Shown: in pieces, positions 49,124 to 58,487 of the stretch
Numbering within the stretch: the stretch's first letter is position 1
How the letters are laid out: the number at the start of each line of letters is the position of its first letter
Origin: Acidimicrobiales bacterium
GTDB lineage: Bacteria; Actinomycetota; Actinomycetes; Mycobacteriales; QHCE01
Reading direction: 5' to 3'
NCBI GenBank assembly: GCA_003243955.1
Contig: QHCE01000009.1
Span: 5,225 to 69,224 of the forward strand
Length of the DNA: 64,000 nt
The notes under the pieces: generated by a model
What the model was told of the DNA's origin: nothing
Databases searched by the model: none
What the model saw: only the letters and a program-made list of their open reading frames with translations
Translations under genes and position numbers: made by a program

Positions 49124-50016
49124 TGGCCAGACCACTGCCGACAGTAGCCATCGTCGCGATCACCCTGGTGACATGTGCCACACTACTCGCCGCCGCTGGC
49201 TACGTCCTGATGCGCTTCACCGACGTTCGAATTCCGTTTATCTCCGACACGTGCCGAGCCTATGCTGATGGCGATCATGTACAGCTGGAACCCGAACAGC
49301 TCACTCACGCCGCCACTATCGCGGCGGCGGGCACCATGTCCAGAGTCGGCGAACGCGGAGTGGCCATCGCCCTGGCTACGGCACTGCAAGAGTCCAAGCT
49401 GCGCAACCTGTCTCACGGCGACCGGGACTCGCTGGGCTTATTCCAGCAACGCCCCTCGCAGGGATGGGGCACTGCTGAGCAGCTGCAGGACCCGCACTAC
49501 GCCAGCACTATATTCTTCTCGCGGCTGCGAAAGATCCCGAACTGGCGGGAGCTGGCGATCGCCGACGCCGCGCAAGCCGTCCAGCACAGCGCGCATCCGT
49601 CTGCCTACGCCAAATGGTCAACTGAGGCGACCACGCTGGCCGGCGCTCTCGCGGGAAAGCAAACCCGTGCAGTGACATGCCAGCTGCGGGAGCAGCTAGA
49701 TTCCCACGGACAGACGAATGTAGAGCAGCTACGGAACGCGCTGCAACGCGATTACGGTGGTCTCAATCTTCACCTAATACAGGGGAATGAGCTGCGGCTG
49801 AGTTTGGACTTAAGCGGGGGCAAAAATAGCAGCAGCTTGCCGCCTGGTGGCCCAGTAACCGGATGGCATCTCGCACACTGGTTCGTGGCGAAATCGCGCG
49901 ATTACGGGGTGCAGCAGGTCGCCTTTGATGGTGCGGCTTGGAGCGCCTCGAGCGGAAAATGGGAGTCGAACAAATCAGCACGACCAGGACAGCTCACGCT
50001 GCGCCTTTCCGACTGA
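49123..50016 (+). CDS. Conserved hypothetical secreted or membrane-anchored protein
   Basis: It has an N-terminal TM segment (VAIVAITLVTCATLLAAAGYVL) and the central motif QESKLRNLSHGDRDSLGLFQQRPSQGWG. Its start overlaps the echA stop. I cannot name a family. Confidence 0.5.
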   Translation: MARPLPTVAIVAITLVTCATLLAAAGYVLMRFTDVRIPFISDTCRAYADGDHVQLEPEQLTHAATIAAAGTMSRVGERGVAIALATALQESKLRNLSHGDRDSLGLFQQRPSQGWGTAEQLQDPHYASTIFFSRLRKIPNWRELAIADAAQAVQHSAHPSAYAKWSTEATTLAGALAGKQTRAVTCQLREQLDSHGQTNVEQLRNALQRDYGGLNLHLIQGNELRLSLDLSGGKNSSSLPPGGPVTGWHLAHWFVAKSRDYGVQQVAFDGAAWSASSGKWESNKSARPGQLTLRLSD

Positions 50017-50045
50017 ACACCTACTGTAATTTCGAGAGCGCTCGG

Positions 50046-50876
50046 TTACGTTGCTCTGAATCCAGTCTCGGAAATCGGCTCTGCGCTTGTTAATACACCC
50101 AAGTGTAGGCGCGCAAAGCGCAGAGCCTCGGCGAGCTCGGCTTCTCGCTGTTGGCAATTCAGCGCGAACCGGGTACTCGCCTCTACCGCGACCGTGCCGG
50201 TGAAACCGTTGCGAGCCAGCCGCTGCAGCAGCAATGCGCACGGCTGGTTTCCCCGACCAGGCAGCAGATGCTCATCGCGGCTCTGCCCCGTGCCATCGCC
50301 TAAATGCACGTGGATAAGCTGCGCGCCCATCCGATCGGCGATGTGCAACGCATCTGACTGCGCCACGGACGCATGAGATAAGTCCAGGGTGTAGTGCCGA
50401 TAACCACCTGGCACGCTCGGGTCCCAATGCACTGAATAAGGGCACCATTGGCGGGCTCGGGCCCGCAGCGGAAACATGTTTTCTACTGCCACCGCCACAC
50501 CATAGGTCTCCTCGAGCTGGCGAAGCTGAGTGGCGAAACCACGGGCGTAGTCCCGCTGCCATCGAAACGGTGGGTGCACCACGACGATACGAGCGCCGAC
50601 GCGCACCGCTGCCTGAACTGCCAAGTGGAGCCGAGTGACTGGATCGCGCGACCACACCCGCTGCGAAATGATCAGGCAAGGGCTATGAAGAGCCATGATT
50701 GGCACGCCGTAGCGGTGGGACAGCTCAATAAGCGCGTCGGTATCTTGACTTACCGGATCCGACCAGACCGCAACCTCTACGCCGTCATATCCCAGCGCGG
50801 CGGCAATTTCAAAAGCTGTCGCGGACTTCTCTGGATACACCGAGGCCGAAGACAGCAGCACCGGGATGTGGTTCAC
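50046..50876 (-). CDS. Sugar phosphate isomerase/epimerase (xylose isomerase-like TIM barrel)
   Basis: 276 aa. The pattern AALGYDGVEV...VVHPP...VAVENM...HVHLGD is typical of the AP_endonuc_2 fold. Confidence 0.72.
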   Translation of the reverse strand: MNHIPVLLSSASVYPEKSATAFEIAAALGYDGVEVAVWSDPVSQDTDALIELSHRYGVPIMALHSPCLIISQRVWSRDPVTRLHLAVQAAVRVGARIVVVHPPFRWQRDYARGFATQLRQLEETYGVAVAVENMFPLRARARQWCPYSVHWDPSVPGGYRHYTLDLSHASVAQSDALHIADRMGAQLIHVHLGDGTGQSRDEHLLPGRGNQPCALLLQRLARNGFTGTVAVEASTRFALNCQQREAELAEALRFARLHLGVLTSAEPISETGFRAT

Positions 50877-50993
50877 AACTACTAGCGTACTTAGAGACTG
50901 TAAAGAGCGGAATGCTGCTGGGACCGGTGTCTCACTGCAGTTATAAACTTGCCCACTGCCAGGTCAGTTGCTTGCTTGAGACAAGGGTGCGAA

Positions 50994-51368
50994 ATGACAG
51001 CAAAACGGGAACAACCGCAGAAGGCGCAGATAACTTTTGGGAAGTTCGAGAACGTTGACCTGAGAGTGGCGCGTGTGACGTCAGCACCGCTAGCTGAGGG
51101 TACTCGGTTTCCTTGTCGAGTGATCACACTTGAGCTTGGCCATCTAGGGCAGCGTACCTCGGTCGGGCAGTACGCACTGCATACCGAAGCTGAACTTGTT
51201 GGCAAAAACGTTGTTGCCTGCATCAATCTGGGCCAACGAGAGATGGGTTCATACACATCTGAGGCTTTGGTATTGGGCGCCCCGCATCCCCAGAGCCCCG
51301 AGGACCAGTCCCAGGCCACCCCACTGTTCGTCTCGCCAGATGCTACTGCGGGCGACCAAGTCTTTTAA
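50994..51368 (+). CDS. tRNA-binding domain protein (CsaA-like)
   Basis: ITFGKFENVDLRVARVTSAPLAEGTRFPCRVITLELGHLGQRTSVGQ. I chose ATG 50994. Confidence 0.72.
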   Translation: MTAKREQPQKAQITFGKFENVDLRVARVTSAPLAEGTRFPCRVITLELGHLGQRTSVGQYALHTEAELVGKNVVACINLGQREMGSYTSEALVLGAPHPQSPEDQSQATPLFVSPDATAGDQVF

Positions 51369-51371
51369 CTC

Positions 51372-51476
51372 AGAGGGTGTGCCAAATAGACCCCTGCCGG
51401 CGTTCTCGTCGCCTTGTCTACCTTCGTAGGCGGCGGCTCCTGCGGCCTTGGCAGATGCCCTATTGGCGCACCCTCT
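51372..51476 (-). repeat. Family-2 structured repeat, copy D (inverted orientation)
   Basis: Its terminal arms are AGAGGGTGTGCCAAATAGACCCCTGCC / GGCAGATGCCCTATTGGCGCACCCTCT. The core is the reverse complement of copy B. It lies 60 nt downstream of the antitoxin-like gene, on that gene's strand. Confidence 0.7.
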
Positions 51477-51536
51477 GACCATCCCCTACGAGCACCCCTA
51501 GCGGGTCAAGGTATTGCCTGCAAGATTCTGGCGGGC

Positions 51537-51866
51537 TCATGCGGCGCGGGATTGCTCGGCCAGCTCCTGGTGAACTCGGCGCGCAATGTTTTCCACCTGC
51601 TGGACGCTCAGCACGGCCGCAGTGGGGCCATCTGTGGCTTGGCTGAGGATACGCCGCACAAGTGCTGAAGCAGGTATGTGTTCAGCAACGGCCCGAGCTT
51701 TAATTCTGTCGGCCAGATATGTGGGCACACGCACGGAGATCACGGCTTTGTCCGCCTCAGCCGCCTCAGCGGCCTCAGCTTCAGCGGCTTCAGCCTCTTC
51801 CTCGGCGACTTCAGCGCGAATGGCCTCAATCCGCTCGCGGTCGGCATCGGTTAGTTGTTGTCTCAT
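51537..51866 (-). CDS. Ribbon-helix-helix antitoxin, BrnA/CopG-like
   Basis: The segment VISVRVPTYLADRIKARAVAEHIPASALVRRIL is an RHH pattern. It has an acidic EA-repeat N-terminus and a 4-nt overlap with the upstream small gene. Confidence 0.55.
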   Translation of the reverse strand: MRQQLTDADRERIEAIRAEVAEEEAEAAEAEAAEAAEADKAVISVRVPTYLADRIKARAVAEHIPASALVRRILSQATDGPTAAVLSVQQVENIARRVHQELAEQSRAA

Positions 51867-52156
51867 GAATCCGCCTCCTTACCTTCCAAATATTCGCGTA
51901 GATCCGCACCCCGCGTCTTCCACGCGGTGACACCAGTACCTGTAGCGGGATCAATTATCACGGTAATAGCAAACTTGGCTGTAGGCGAATAACCGATGAG
52001 CCGGGTATATCCTGCTCGACTTTTCAGGTCTGGAGCACGAACGACCTGGTAGGGATCGGCGGCCACTTCCAAAGTCCAACCCAGGTCAATATTTGTCGCG
52101 CCCGAATACCGACTAGAACGGTTAAGGATGTGTTCGGCCTCCGTATAGTCCACCAC
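51863..52156 (-). CDS. Putative toxin partner (BrnT-like small protein, 97 aa)
   Basis: It has the position and size of a toxin upstream of an RHH antitoxin. RLIGYSPTAKFAITVIIDP...GVTAWKTRGADLREY loosely resembles the BrnT C-terminal pattern. Confidence 0.4.
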   Translation of the reverse strand: MVDYTEAEHILNRSSRYSGATNIDLGWTLEVAADPYQVVRAPDLKSRAGYTRLIGYSPTAKFAITVIIDPATGTGVTAWKTRGADLREYLEGKEADS

Positions 52157-52219
52157 AGATCATCTACCACGCTTACACTGTCACACATTTACTTACTTAT
52201 CGCAAGTATGTGACTCCCG

Positions 52220-52993
52220 CTACCGCCCCTGGTTCTTCACCGCTTGCACTGCGGCCGCTGCGGCGGCTGGATCAAGGTATTGGCCACCGGGCACCCTCGG
52301 ACGCAGCGAGGTATCCAGCTCGTAGCGCAGCGGAATTCCGGTGGGGACGTCCAAACCCACAATCTCGGTGTCGCTGATGCCGTCCAGGTGCTTGATGAGC
52401 GCCCGCATCGAGTTCCCGTGCGCCGCGACCAGCACGGTGCGCCCAACCAGCAGGTCGGGCACGATTGCGTCGTACCAGTATGGCAACGCCCGGACCAGGA
52501 CGTCGGCAAGGCATTCCGTACGCGGCCGAGCCTCGGGTGGAAGTGTGGCGTAGCGGACATCATGGAACTGGGAGTACTCAGCGTCGGGCTCGAGCTTGGG
52601 CGGCGGTACATCGTAGGAGCGGCGCCAGCGCATGAACTGCTCGTCGCCGAATTGATCCCTGGTTTGCTTCTTGTCTTTACCTTGCAGTGCGCCGTAATGC
52701 CGCTCGTTGAGCCGCCAGCTCCGCCGTATGGGCACCCAGTGCCGATCGCAGCCGTGTAGCGCCGCTTCGGCCGTACGGATGGCCCGTCTCAGCAGCGATG
52801 TGTGCACTACATCGGGGAGCGCACCCGCATCAGCGAGCAGCGCGGCGGCGCGGCGCGCCTCGTCTTCACCCTGGGCGGATAGATCTACATCTACCCAGCC
52901 GGTGAACAAATTCTTGGCGTTCCATTCGCTTTCGCCGTGCCGCAGCAGAATCAAGGTGCCCGGTGACGACGTGGCCGCAATAGTCATAGCCAT
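52220..52993 (-). CDS. gpmA: 2,3-bisphosphoglycerate-dependent phosphoglycerate mutase
   Basis: [26 protein letters not shown]...[15 protein letters not shown]...[12 protein letters not shown] trimmed the start from the track ORF, which runs to 53089. Confidence 0.9.
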   Translation of the reverse strand: MAMTIAATSSPGTLILLRHGESEWNAKNLFTGWVDVDLSAQGEDEARRAAALLADAGALPDVVHTSLLRRAIRTAEAALHGCDRHWVPIRRSWRLNERHYGALQGKDKKQTRDQFGDEQFMRWRRSYDVPPPKLEPDAEYSQFHDVRYATLPPEARPRTECLADVLVRALPYWYDAIVPDLLVGRTVLVAAHGNSMRALIKHLDGISDTEIVGLDVPTGIPLRYELDTSLRPRVPGGQYLDPAAAAAAVQAVKNQGR

Positions 52994-53078
52994 AAGCCTG
53001 CCAGAGCAGTCATATGGCAGCACCCACCGGCTGGGGTCAGGCTCGATAACGGAGGCTATAGAGCCTGCGGCCGCTAGA

Positions 53079-53687
53079 TTAGACATCACCCGTGTCGGTT
53101 GAGCCCTCGCGATGACTTAGCGCCTCGAGCAAACTTTCTTGTAAGTACGTCAGGTGCTGATACATGGCAAGCAGTAACCTGGCTTGCTGAGGTCTTTCGC
53201 GCTCGCAATCCTCGGTCAGCTGGGCGAGCACATCGGTCTGGCTGTTGATGTCAAGCCGGATGCCCAACACCAGGCGGGCGTCCGTCAACGAGATGAGCCA
53301 GGTCTGAGCTTGAGCAGCAGAGAGTCGGATCTGTCCCTGCCCAGTTGGCAGGTCGGCTAGCACTTGACGACAAGCCGCGAGCTTGCCGGTGCGCAACGCG
53401 GCTTCACTGAACCGGCGAAGCTCGTTGGCGGCGGCCTGATCGTCACGGTAGCCGTCGGGGAACAACCGACGCAGTGCTGGATCAGAACGGATCGAACCTC
53501 CCTCAAGTAACTCAAGCACTTGCTGGAACACCTGCCGCATGGCGTCAGCTTCCAAGGAGGCGACTTCGGCCACATACTCCACGCCGGACTGAGTTGACGA
53601 TTCGGCAGCAGCACCCGGCTGAGCGGTAGTGAATGTGTCTTGATGACGTCGATGAAACCCGCGGAATACGGTGGGCACGACCATCAA
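53079..53687 (-). CDS. DUF2017 domain protein (ClpS-adjacent)
   Basis: It sits immediately downstream of clpS with a 4-nt overlap, which is the arrangement typical of actinobacterial DUF2017. Confidence 0.65.
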   Translation of the reverse strand: MMVVPTVFRGFHRRHQDTFTTAQPGAAAESSTQSGVEYVAEVASLEADAMRQVFQQVLELLEGGSIRSDPALRRLFPDGYRDDQAAANELRRFSEAALRTGKLAACRQVLADLPTGQGQIRLSAAQAQTWLISLTDARLVLGIRLDINSQTDVLAQLTEDCERERPQQARLLLAMYQHLTYLQESLLEALSHREGSTDTGDV

Positions 53688-53971
53688 CCCGTCCGCTGCA
53701 GCGTAGCCCAGAGCCCGTACGCGTGCAGCTGTGTTACATCGTGCTCCATTCGCTCCCGGGCACCAGAAGAAACCGCCGCTTTGCCTTTGCGATGTACGTC
53801 CAGCATGAGTGCGGTGGCTTTGGCTTCGTCATAGCCGAACAGAGTTTGGAAAACGTACGTCACATAAGACATCAAGTTGACTGGGTCATCCCACACGATG
53901 GTCGCCCATGGCCGCGCGGAGCATGCGGCCTCATTTACGTCAGGCTCCCGAACGCTAGTTGGTGTCGCCAC
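53684..53971 (-). CDS. clpS: ATP-dependent Clp protease adaptor ClpS
   Basis: [46 protein letters not shown]. Confidence 0.88.
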   Translation of the reverse strand: MATPTSVREPDVNEAACSARPWATIVWDDPVNLMSYVTYVFQTLFGYDEAKATALMLDVHRKGKAAVSSGARERMEHDVTQLHAYGLWATLQRTG

Positions 53972-54069
53972 GCCTCCATGATGCCATTTCCGGTTCGCGC
54001 GAGCATCATCAGCACACCTAGAGGTCGCTCAGGTGCGGCTTAACCACGGCGTGCCGTAGGGTAACCGGC

Positions 54070-55353
54070 GTGACCTCAATGGGGTTGTTCACCGATCGCT
54101 ACGAGCTCACCATGCTCAGCGCGGCGCTAGCCGATGGCACCGCACATCGGCGCTGCGTTTTTGAGACATTCGCCCGGCGTCTCCCTCCCGGTAGGCGCTA
54201 CGGCGTCGTCGCCGGCACTCAGAGGTTGATCGAAGCGATCGAGCGGTTTCGATTTAGCGACCAGGACTTAGAATTCCTACACGACTGTGGGGCGGTCAAT
54301 ACCCAAGCCCGCGACTGGTTGGCGAAGTATCGCTTTTCCGGCGAGATAACCGGCTACCCCGAAGGCGAACTGTATTTTCCGGGTTCTCCCGTGCTCACCA
54401 TCAGCGGCAGCTTCGCCGAAGCCGTGATTCTGGAAACGCTCGTGCTGTCGATACTCAACCATGATTGCGCCATCGCCGCCGCCGCGGCCCGCATGAGTAG
54501 CGCAGCCGCCGGCCGCCCGTTGATCGAGATGGGCTCACGCCGAACTCATGAATACGCCGCCGTCGCGGCGGCCCGTGCCGCTTATGTAGCCGGTTTCTCC
54601 GCCACCTCCAACCTTGCCGCGGGCGCCCGCTACGGTATCCCCACCCAGGGCACGGCCGCGCACGCTTTCACGCTGCTGTACGGCAGTGAAGCCGAAGCTT
54701 TCGGCGCCCAGCTCAAGGCTTTCGGCCACGAGACCACGCTGCTGGTCGATACGTATGACATCAGCAACGGCATCGCTACCGCGGTGGAGGTTTCTGGTGG
54801 CAGACTCGGTGCCGTGCGCATCGATTCCGGCGATTTAGCCGAGTTAGCTCGGCAATCGCGGGCTCAACTGGACGCCCTCGGTGCCACGGATACCCGCATT
54901 GTGCTCTCCGGCGACTTGGACGAGTACAGCATCGCCGCTCTAGCCGCGGCTCCGGTGGACGCCTATGGGGTAGGAACGGCGCTCGTCACTGGCTCCGGAG
55001 CCCCAACCGCAGGCATGGTGTACAAGCTTGTCGAAGTGGAAGGTAAGCCAGTGGCTAAACGTAGTCAGCACAAGACCACCGTGCCAAGTCGCAAGTATGC
55101 GCTCCGCCGACATCGATCGACCGGAACGGCAATCGAGGAAGTACTGGTCACTGGCGCGCCACCGCCAGTGAGAGAGCACGATCGCGCGCTGCAGCGTCCA
55201 TTCATGTTTGAGGGCGTCCGGGTCGCGCAACCTCCAAGCCTGGTGGAGTCGCGTGAACACTTGGCGCAGCAGCTGGTCACACTCCCGTGGGAAGGGTTGC
55301 GGCTTTCGGCTGGAGACCCCGCAATTGGAGTGACATATGAATCGGCTCAGTAG
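54070..55353 (+). CDS. pncB: Nicotinate phosphoribosyltransferase
   Basis: LFTDRYELTMLSAAL...GSRRTHE...GTAAHAF...VRIDSGD...SGDLDE. Confidence 0.9.
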   Translation: MTSMGLFTDRYELTMLSAALADGTAHRRCVFETFARRLPPGRRYGVVAGTQRLIEAIERFRFSDQDLEFLHDCGAVNTQARDWLAKYRFSGEITGYPEGELYFPGSPVLTISGSFAEAVILETLVLSILNHDCAIAAAAARMSSAAAGRPLIEMGSRRTHEYAAVAAARAAYVAGFSATSNLAAGARYGIPTQGTAAHAFTLLYGSEAEAFGAQLKAFGHETTLLVDTYDISNGIATAVEVSGGRLGAVRIDSGDLAELARQSRAQLDALGATDTRIVLSGDLDEYSIAALAAAPVDAYGVGTALVTGSGAPTAGMVYKLVEVEGKPVAKRSQHKTTVPSRKYALRRHRSTGTAIEEVLVTGAPPPVREHDRALQRPFMFEGVRVAQPPSLVESREHLAQQLVTLPWEGLRLSAGDPAIGVTYESAQ

Positions 55354-55374
55354 TCAGCCGCTGAAGGAGGCACC

Positions 55375-56085
55375 ATGACCACGTTGGACACCACGCTGCA
55401 GAAACTGGCGGCCACAGCTGGACAGCCGCTGCGCGTACCCACGCCTGGCGCTGCCATCGAACCCGATCCGCTAGGACAGCTGGACAAGCTTCCACCAGTA
55501 GTCCGCCGGGCGTTGATCATCGTTGATGTGCAAAACGACTTCTGCGAGGGTGGGTCGCTTGCGGTCTCCGGTGGAGCGAACGTGGCACGCGAGATCACCG
55601 AAACGCTGGAAGCAGATACCGATAGCTGGGATTTTGTGGTCGCCACGCGAGACCACCATATCGACCCCGGTGCGCATTTCTCCAACGCGCCCGACTACCA
55701 AACCAGCTGGCCACCGCACTGCGTGACGGGTACACCCGGCGTGCAGCTACACCCGGCGCTGTCCACCGATCGGATCGCGGCAGTGTTCGATAAGGGCGCA
55801 TACACCGCGGCCTACTCGGGCTTTGAAGGTAAAGCTGACGGGGTAGAGCTGCGCGACTGGCTTGAAGATCGCGAGGTACGCGACGTGGACGTCGTGGGAA
55901 TCGCCACCGACCACTGTGTCCGAGCTACCGCGCTGGATGCCGCGCGGTATGGCTTTGCCGTGACCGTGCTGCTGGACCTGACCGCCGGCGTCGCGCAGGC
56001 AAGTGTGGAGCAAACGCTCGTCGACCTGCGGGAGGCAGGCGTACGGCTGGTCGGCGAAGGACATGAGCCGTTCAGCCCAACCTGA
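55375..56085 (+). CDS. pncA: Nicotinamidase / isochorismatase family hydrolase
   Basis: LIIVDVQNDFCEGGSLAV...VGIATDHCV (Asp/Lys/Cys-type motifs), adjacent to pncB. Confidence 0.8.
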   Translation: MTTLDTTLQKLAATAGQPLRVPTPGAAIEPDPLGQLDKLPPVVRRALIIVDVQNDFCEGGSLAVSGGANVAREITETLEADTDSWDFVVATRDHHIDPGAHFSNAPDYQTSWPPHCVTGTPGVQLHPALSTDRIAAVFDKGAYTAAYSGFEGKADGVELRDWLEDREVRDVDVVGIATDHCVRATALDAARYGFAVTVLLDLTAGVAQASVEQTLVDLREAGVRLVGEGHEPFSPT

Positions 56086-56262
56086 CCTCACCACGCCGGC
56101 AGACTAGTCTCGGCTTACCGGATCATTTTTACGCCCGGTAAGGCCTGGTTATGTAAAAGAACTACCAGTTGCGACGCTGGTAGTCCTAATCTGAGTATGG
56201 GCGCTGCGGCTTAGGAATAAGCGACACGCATCAGCTCGATTTTCGGCTCTAGGAGCGCTGTC

Positions 56263-57903
56263 ATGGACATCAGCACGATTCTCAAATCCCTCATCGCGCT
56301 CATCGTGGCCCTGACTGCCGGCACGGCCCAAGCGACTCCTAGCGATGCGCCAGACCCAGCCACCGTTCCTATCACTAGCGTCCATGCCCCGGCCTCGCCC
56401 AACGGCATCACGCCCAGCGTTACCACAACTGACAAGCCCAGCACTGCCCAGCCAGTTGTCTCCCCCTCTGTCACTAATGTCACCGGCACGTCTGCGGCAG
56501 ACGCTCCTACTTCCAGCGGCGGTCTCACCCCAAGCGTGGCCAACTCTCCCATCTCTGGTGTCGGTTCTCCTATTTCTGGTGTCGGTACCACGTGCCCGCC
56601 AGGCTCCTCCATTCCCTCCGCAGGCGCCCCGCCATCGACGCCCTCCCGTGTCGATGCCCCCGCTACGGCACGCCCCCGCACCTCCCGTGGTGGGGATGCA
56701 TCCCTGACGCCTCAGCGCGCCTCATCTGGAGTGAATACCCCAGGCGTCATGGCCTCTCCGCCTATGTCTCCGGCGGCCTACTCAACCGACGGACGCTCAG
56801 TCACCGAAGCAGCCCAAGCACCAAGGGAATACAGCAGCTCCCGCGATACTTACGCCTCTGGTGCCGGCTCACGTGGCGGTTATGACCCGAACGCCACGGG
56901 TACAGCACAGACGGAGAACTGCGTACAGCCTGGAGTGTCCTCGCTCCCAGTTAGGAATGTCGCGGATGCCCAGCCAGATTCATTAGCTCCGGCCGCACGG
57001 GCTCCACAGGGATCCGGTGGTCGGGGAGGTCGTGGGAGCCATGGTTCTGGCGGTCGCGGTTCGCGGGGCGGCCCTGGTTCGCGGGGTGGCCAGGGAGACG
57101 CCCCGGACTCGCAGGGTGTTGCCGCTGGTCCGCCGGCCGCCGGTCAGCCGGTTGCCGGCGCGCCAGCCTTACCGGCTACTAGAACTGGAGGCGCTCGGGG
57201 GTCCAACCACCCGGACGACTGCACCAAAGCTGGCGCCAGTACCAGTGGTAGCCCACTCCGCATCACCCAAAGTGGTACCTATGACGGGACGGGCAAACCC
57301 CCAGTTGGCGCCATTGACATCGAAGCTGACAATGTCGTCTTGCAAGGCTACACAGTATGCAATCCCAATGACACCGGAATCACAATCGGTGAAAAAAGGG
57401 GCGCAAATAACGTGACCGTAAGGAACAACACGGTCTCCCATCCGATGGGTCACGATGGCGATACTCTGCGTTTCTTCGGCAACAACATCACGATCCAGCA
57501 CAACACCTTCGGTAACACTGACAACGTCGGCGGCAAACGCCACGCCGACTGCATGCAGACCTTTGTTACTAGCACAGTACCCAGCCAGAACGTGACGATC
57601 GACAGTAACGTATGCGCAAACATCGCCAATATCTGTCTCATGGCCGAAGGCGCCGGCAGCAAAAGTGGTGGCCAAGGCAAGGGTCCCTCGTCGAACTGGA
57701 GATTCACCAACAACACCTGCCAGTTCGGGGCCTCTCAAGGCCTCCAACTCGAGTCAGTGTCGAACGTCACGGTCACCGGAAACACCTTTTCTGGGCATTC
57801 AAACAAGGCCGTTAGCTGTGTGCGATCCTCCGGGATTACCGCGAGCGGCAATACGGGCAATCCAACTGCAGCCCAAGGCTGCGGTGGTGACAGCCGCGCG
57901 TAA
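56263..57903 (+). CDS. Secreted protein: long Pro/Ser/Gly/Arg-rich region plus C-terminal right-handed beta-helix (pectate-lyase-fold-like) domain
   Basis: It has a signal peptide ending TAGTAQA, an internal tandem SPISGVG x2, and an RGG-like tract GSGGRGGRGSHGSGGRGSRGGPGSRGGQG. The C-terminus has repeated NNxT/NxT beta-helix rungs (NNVTVRNNTV, NNITIQHNTF, QNVTIDSNVC, SNVTVTGNTF). Confidence 0.6.
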   Translation: MDISTILKSLIALIVALTAGTAQATPSDAPDPATVPITSVHAPASPNGITPSVTTTDKPSTAQPVVSPSVTNVTGTSAADAPTSSGGLTPSVANSPISGVGSPISGVGTTCPPGSSIPSAGAPPSTPSRVDAPATARPRTSRGGDASLTPQRASSGVNTPGVMASPPMSPAAYSTDGRSVTEAAQAPREYSSSRDTYASGAGSRGGYDPNATGTAQTENCVQPGVSSLPVRNVADAQPDSLAPAARAPQGSGGRGGRGSHGSGGRGSRGGPGSRGGQGDAPDSQGVAAGPPAAGQPVAGAPALPATRTGGARGSNHPDDCTKAGASTSGSPLRITQSGTYDGTGKPPVGAIDIEADNVVLQGYTVCNPNDTGITIGEKRGANNVTVRNNTVSHPMGHDGDTLRFFGNNITIQHNTFGNTDNVGGKRHADCMQTFVTSTVPSQNVTIDSNVCANIANICLMAEGAGSKSGGQGKGPSSNWRFTNNTCQFGASQGLQLESVSNVTVTGNTFSGHSNKAVSCVRSSGITASGNTGNPTAAQGCGGDSRA

Positions 57904-58487
57904 CCAGCCGAACTAATCCCGTCGCGCCACAGCCACGCTATAGGTGCGGCAGCTCGCCGCCAACGTATAGAGCAGCTTCTCGACGATCCATACTCCCTAG
58001 GAGTCGGCCCTGACATCACTGATCCAAAGATCATGCGTCAGTCTCGTCGATGACCACACCAGTAACACCTAGTTGGGACTTATCCGAATATGAGTCTCCC
58101 GGTCACCGATCAGGTAGGTAACCTTCCTCTTTGTCGACGAACTCGACAGTTTTGTCGTTTTAGCCGTTCAAAATCGCGGCTGGCTCATTAACTACAAGAA
58201 TGTAGTAAACATGCCGCAGCGCTGTTGCGCGCGATTCGTTAACGCAGGTCTTGAGCCGAGTTGCCGCGCTGGACCCGTAGACAAGTCGGCAATACGGGCT
58301 CGAGACCATGCTGTTGTCTTTATGGCCGGTTTATCCAGATGCCGAGACTTTGGCGCTCGCCAGAAAATCCGCTCGAACACCGTCGATACCGGAGGGAATT
58401 TACAATCCTCTATTCCGATATCGGCCGCCCCACTGAGTTCTCTTTACGAGTCTCAGCGGCAAACCACGCTACTTTGGGGCCGGTAAC

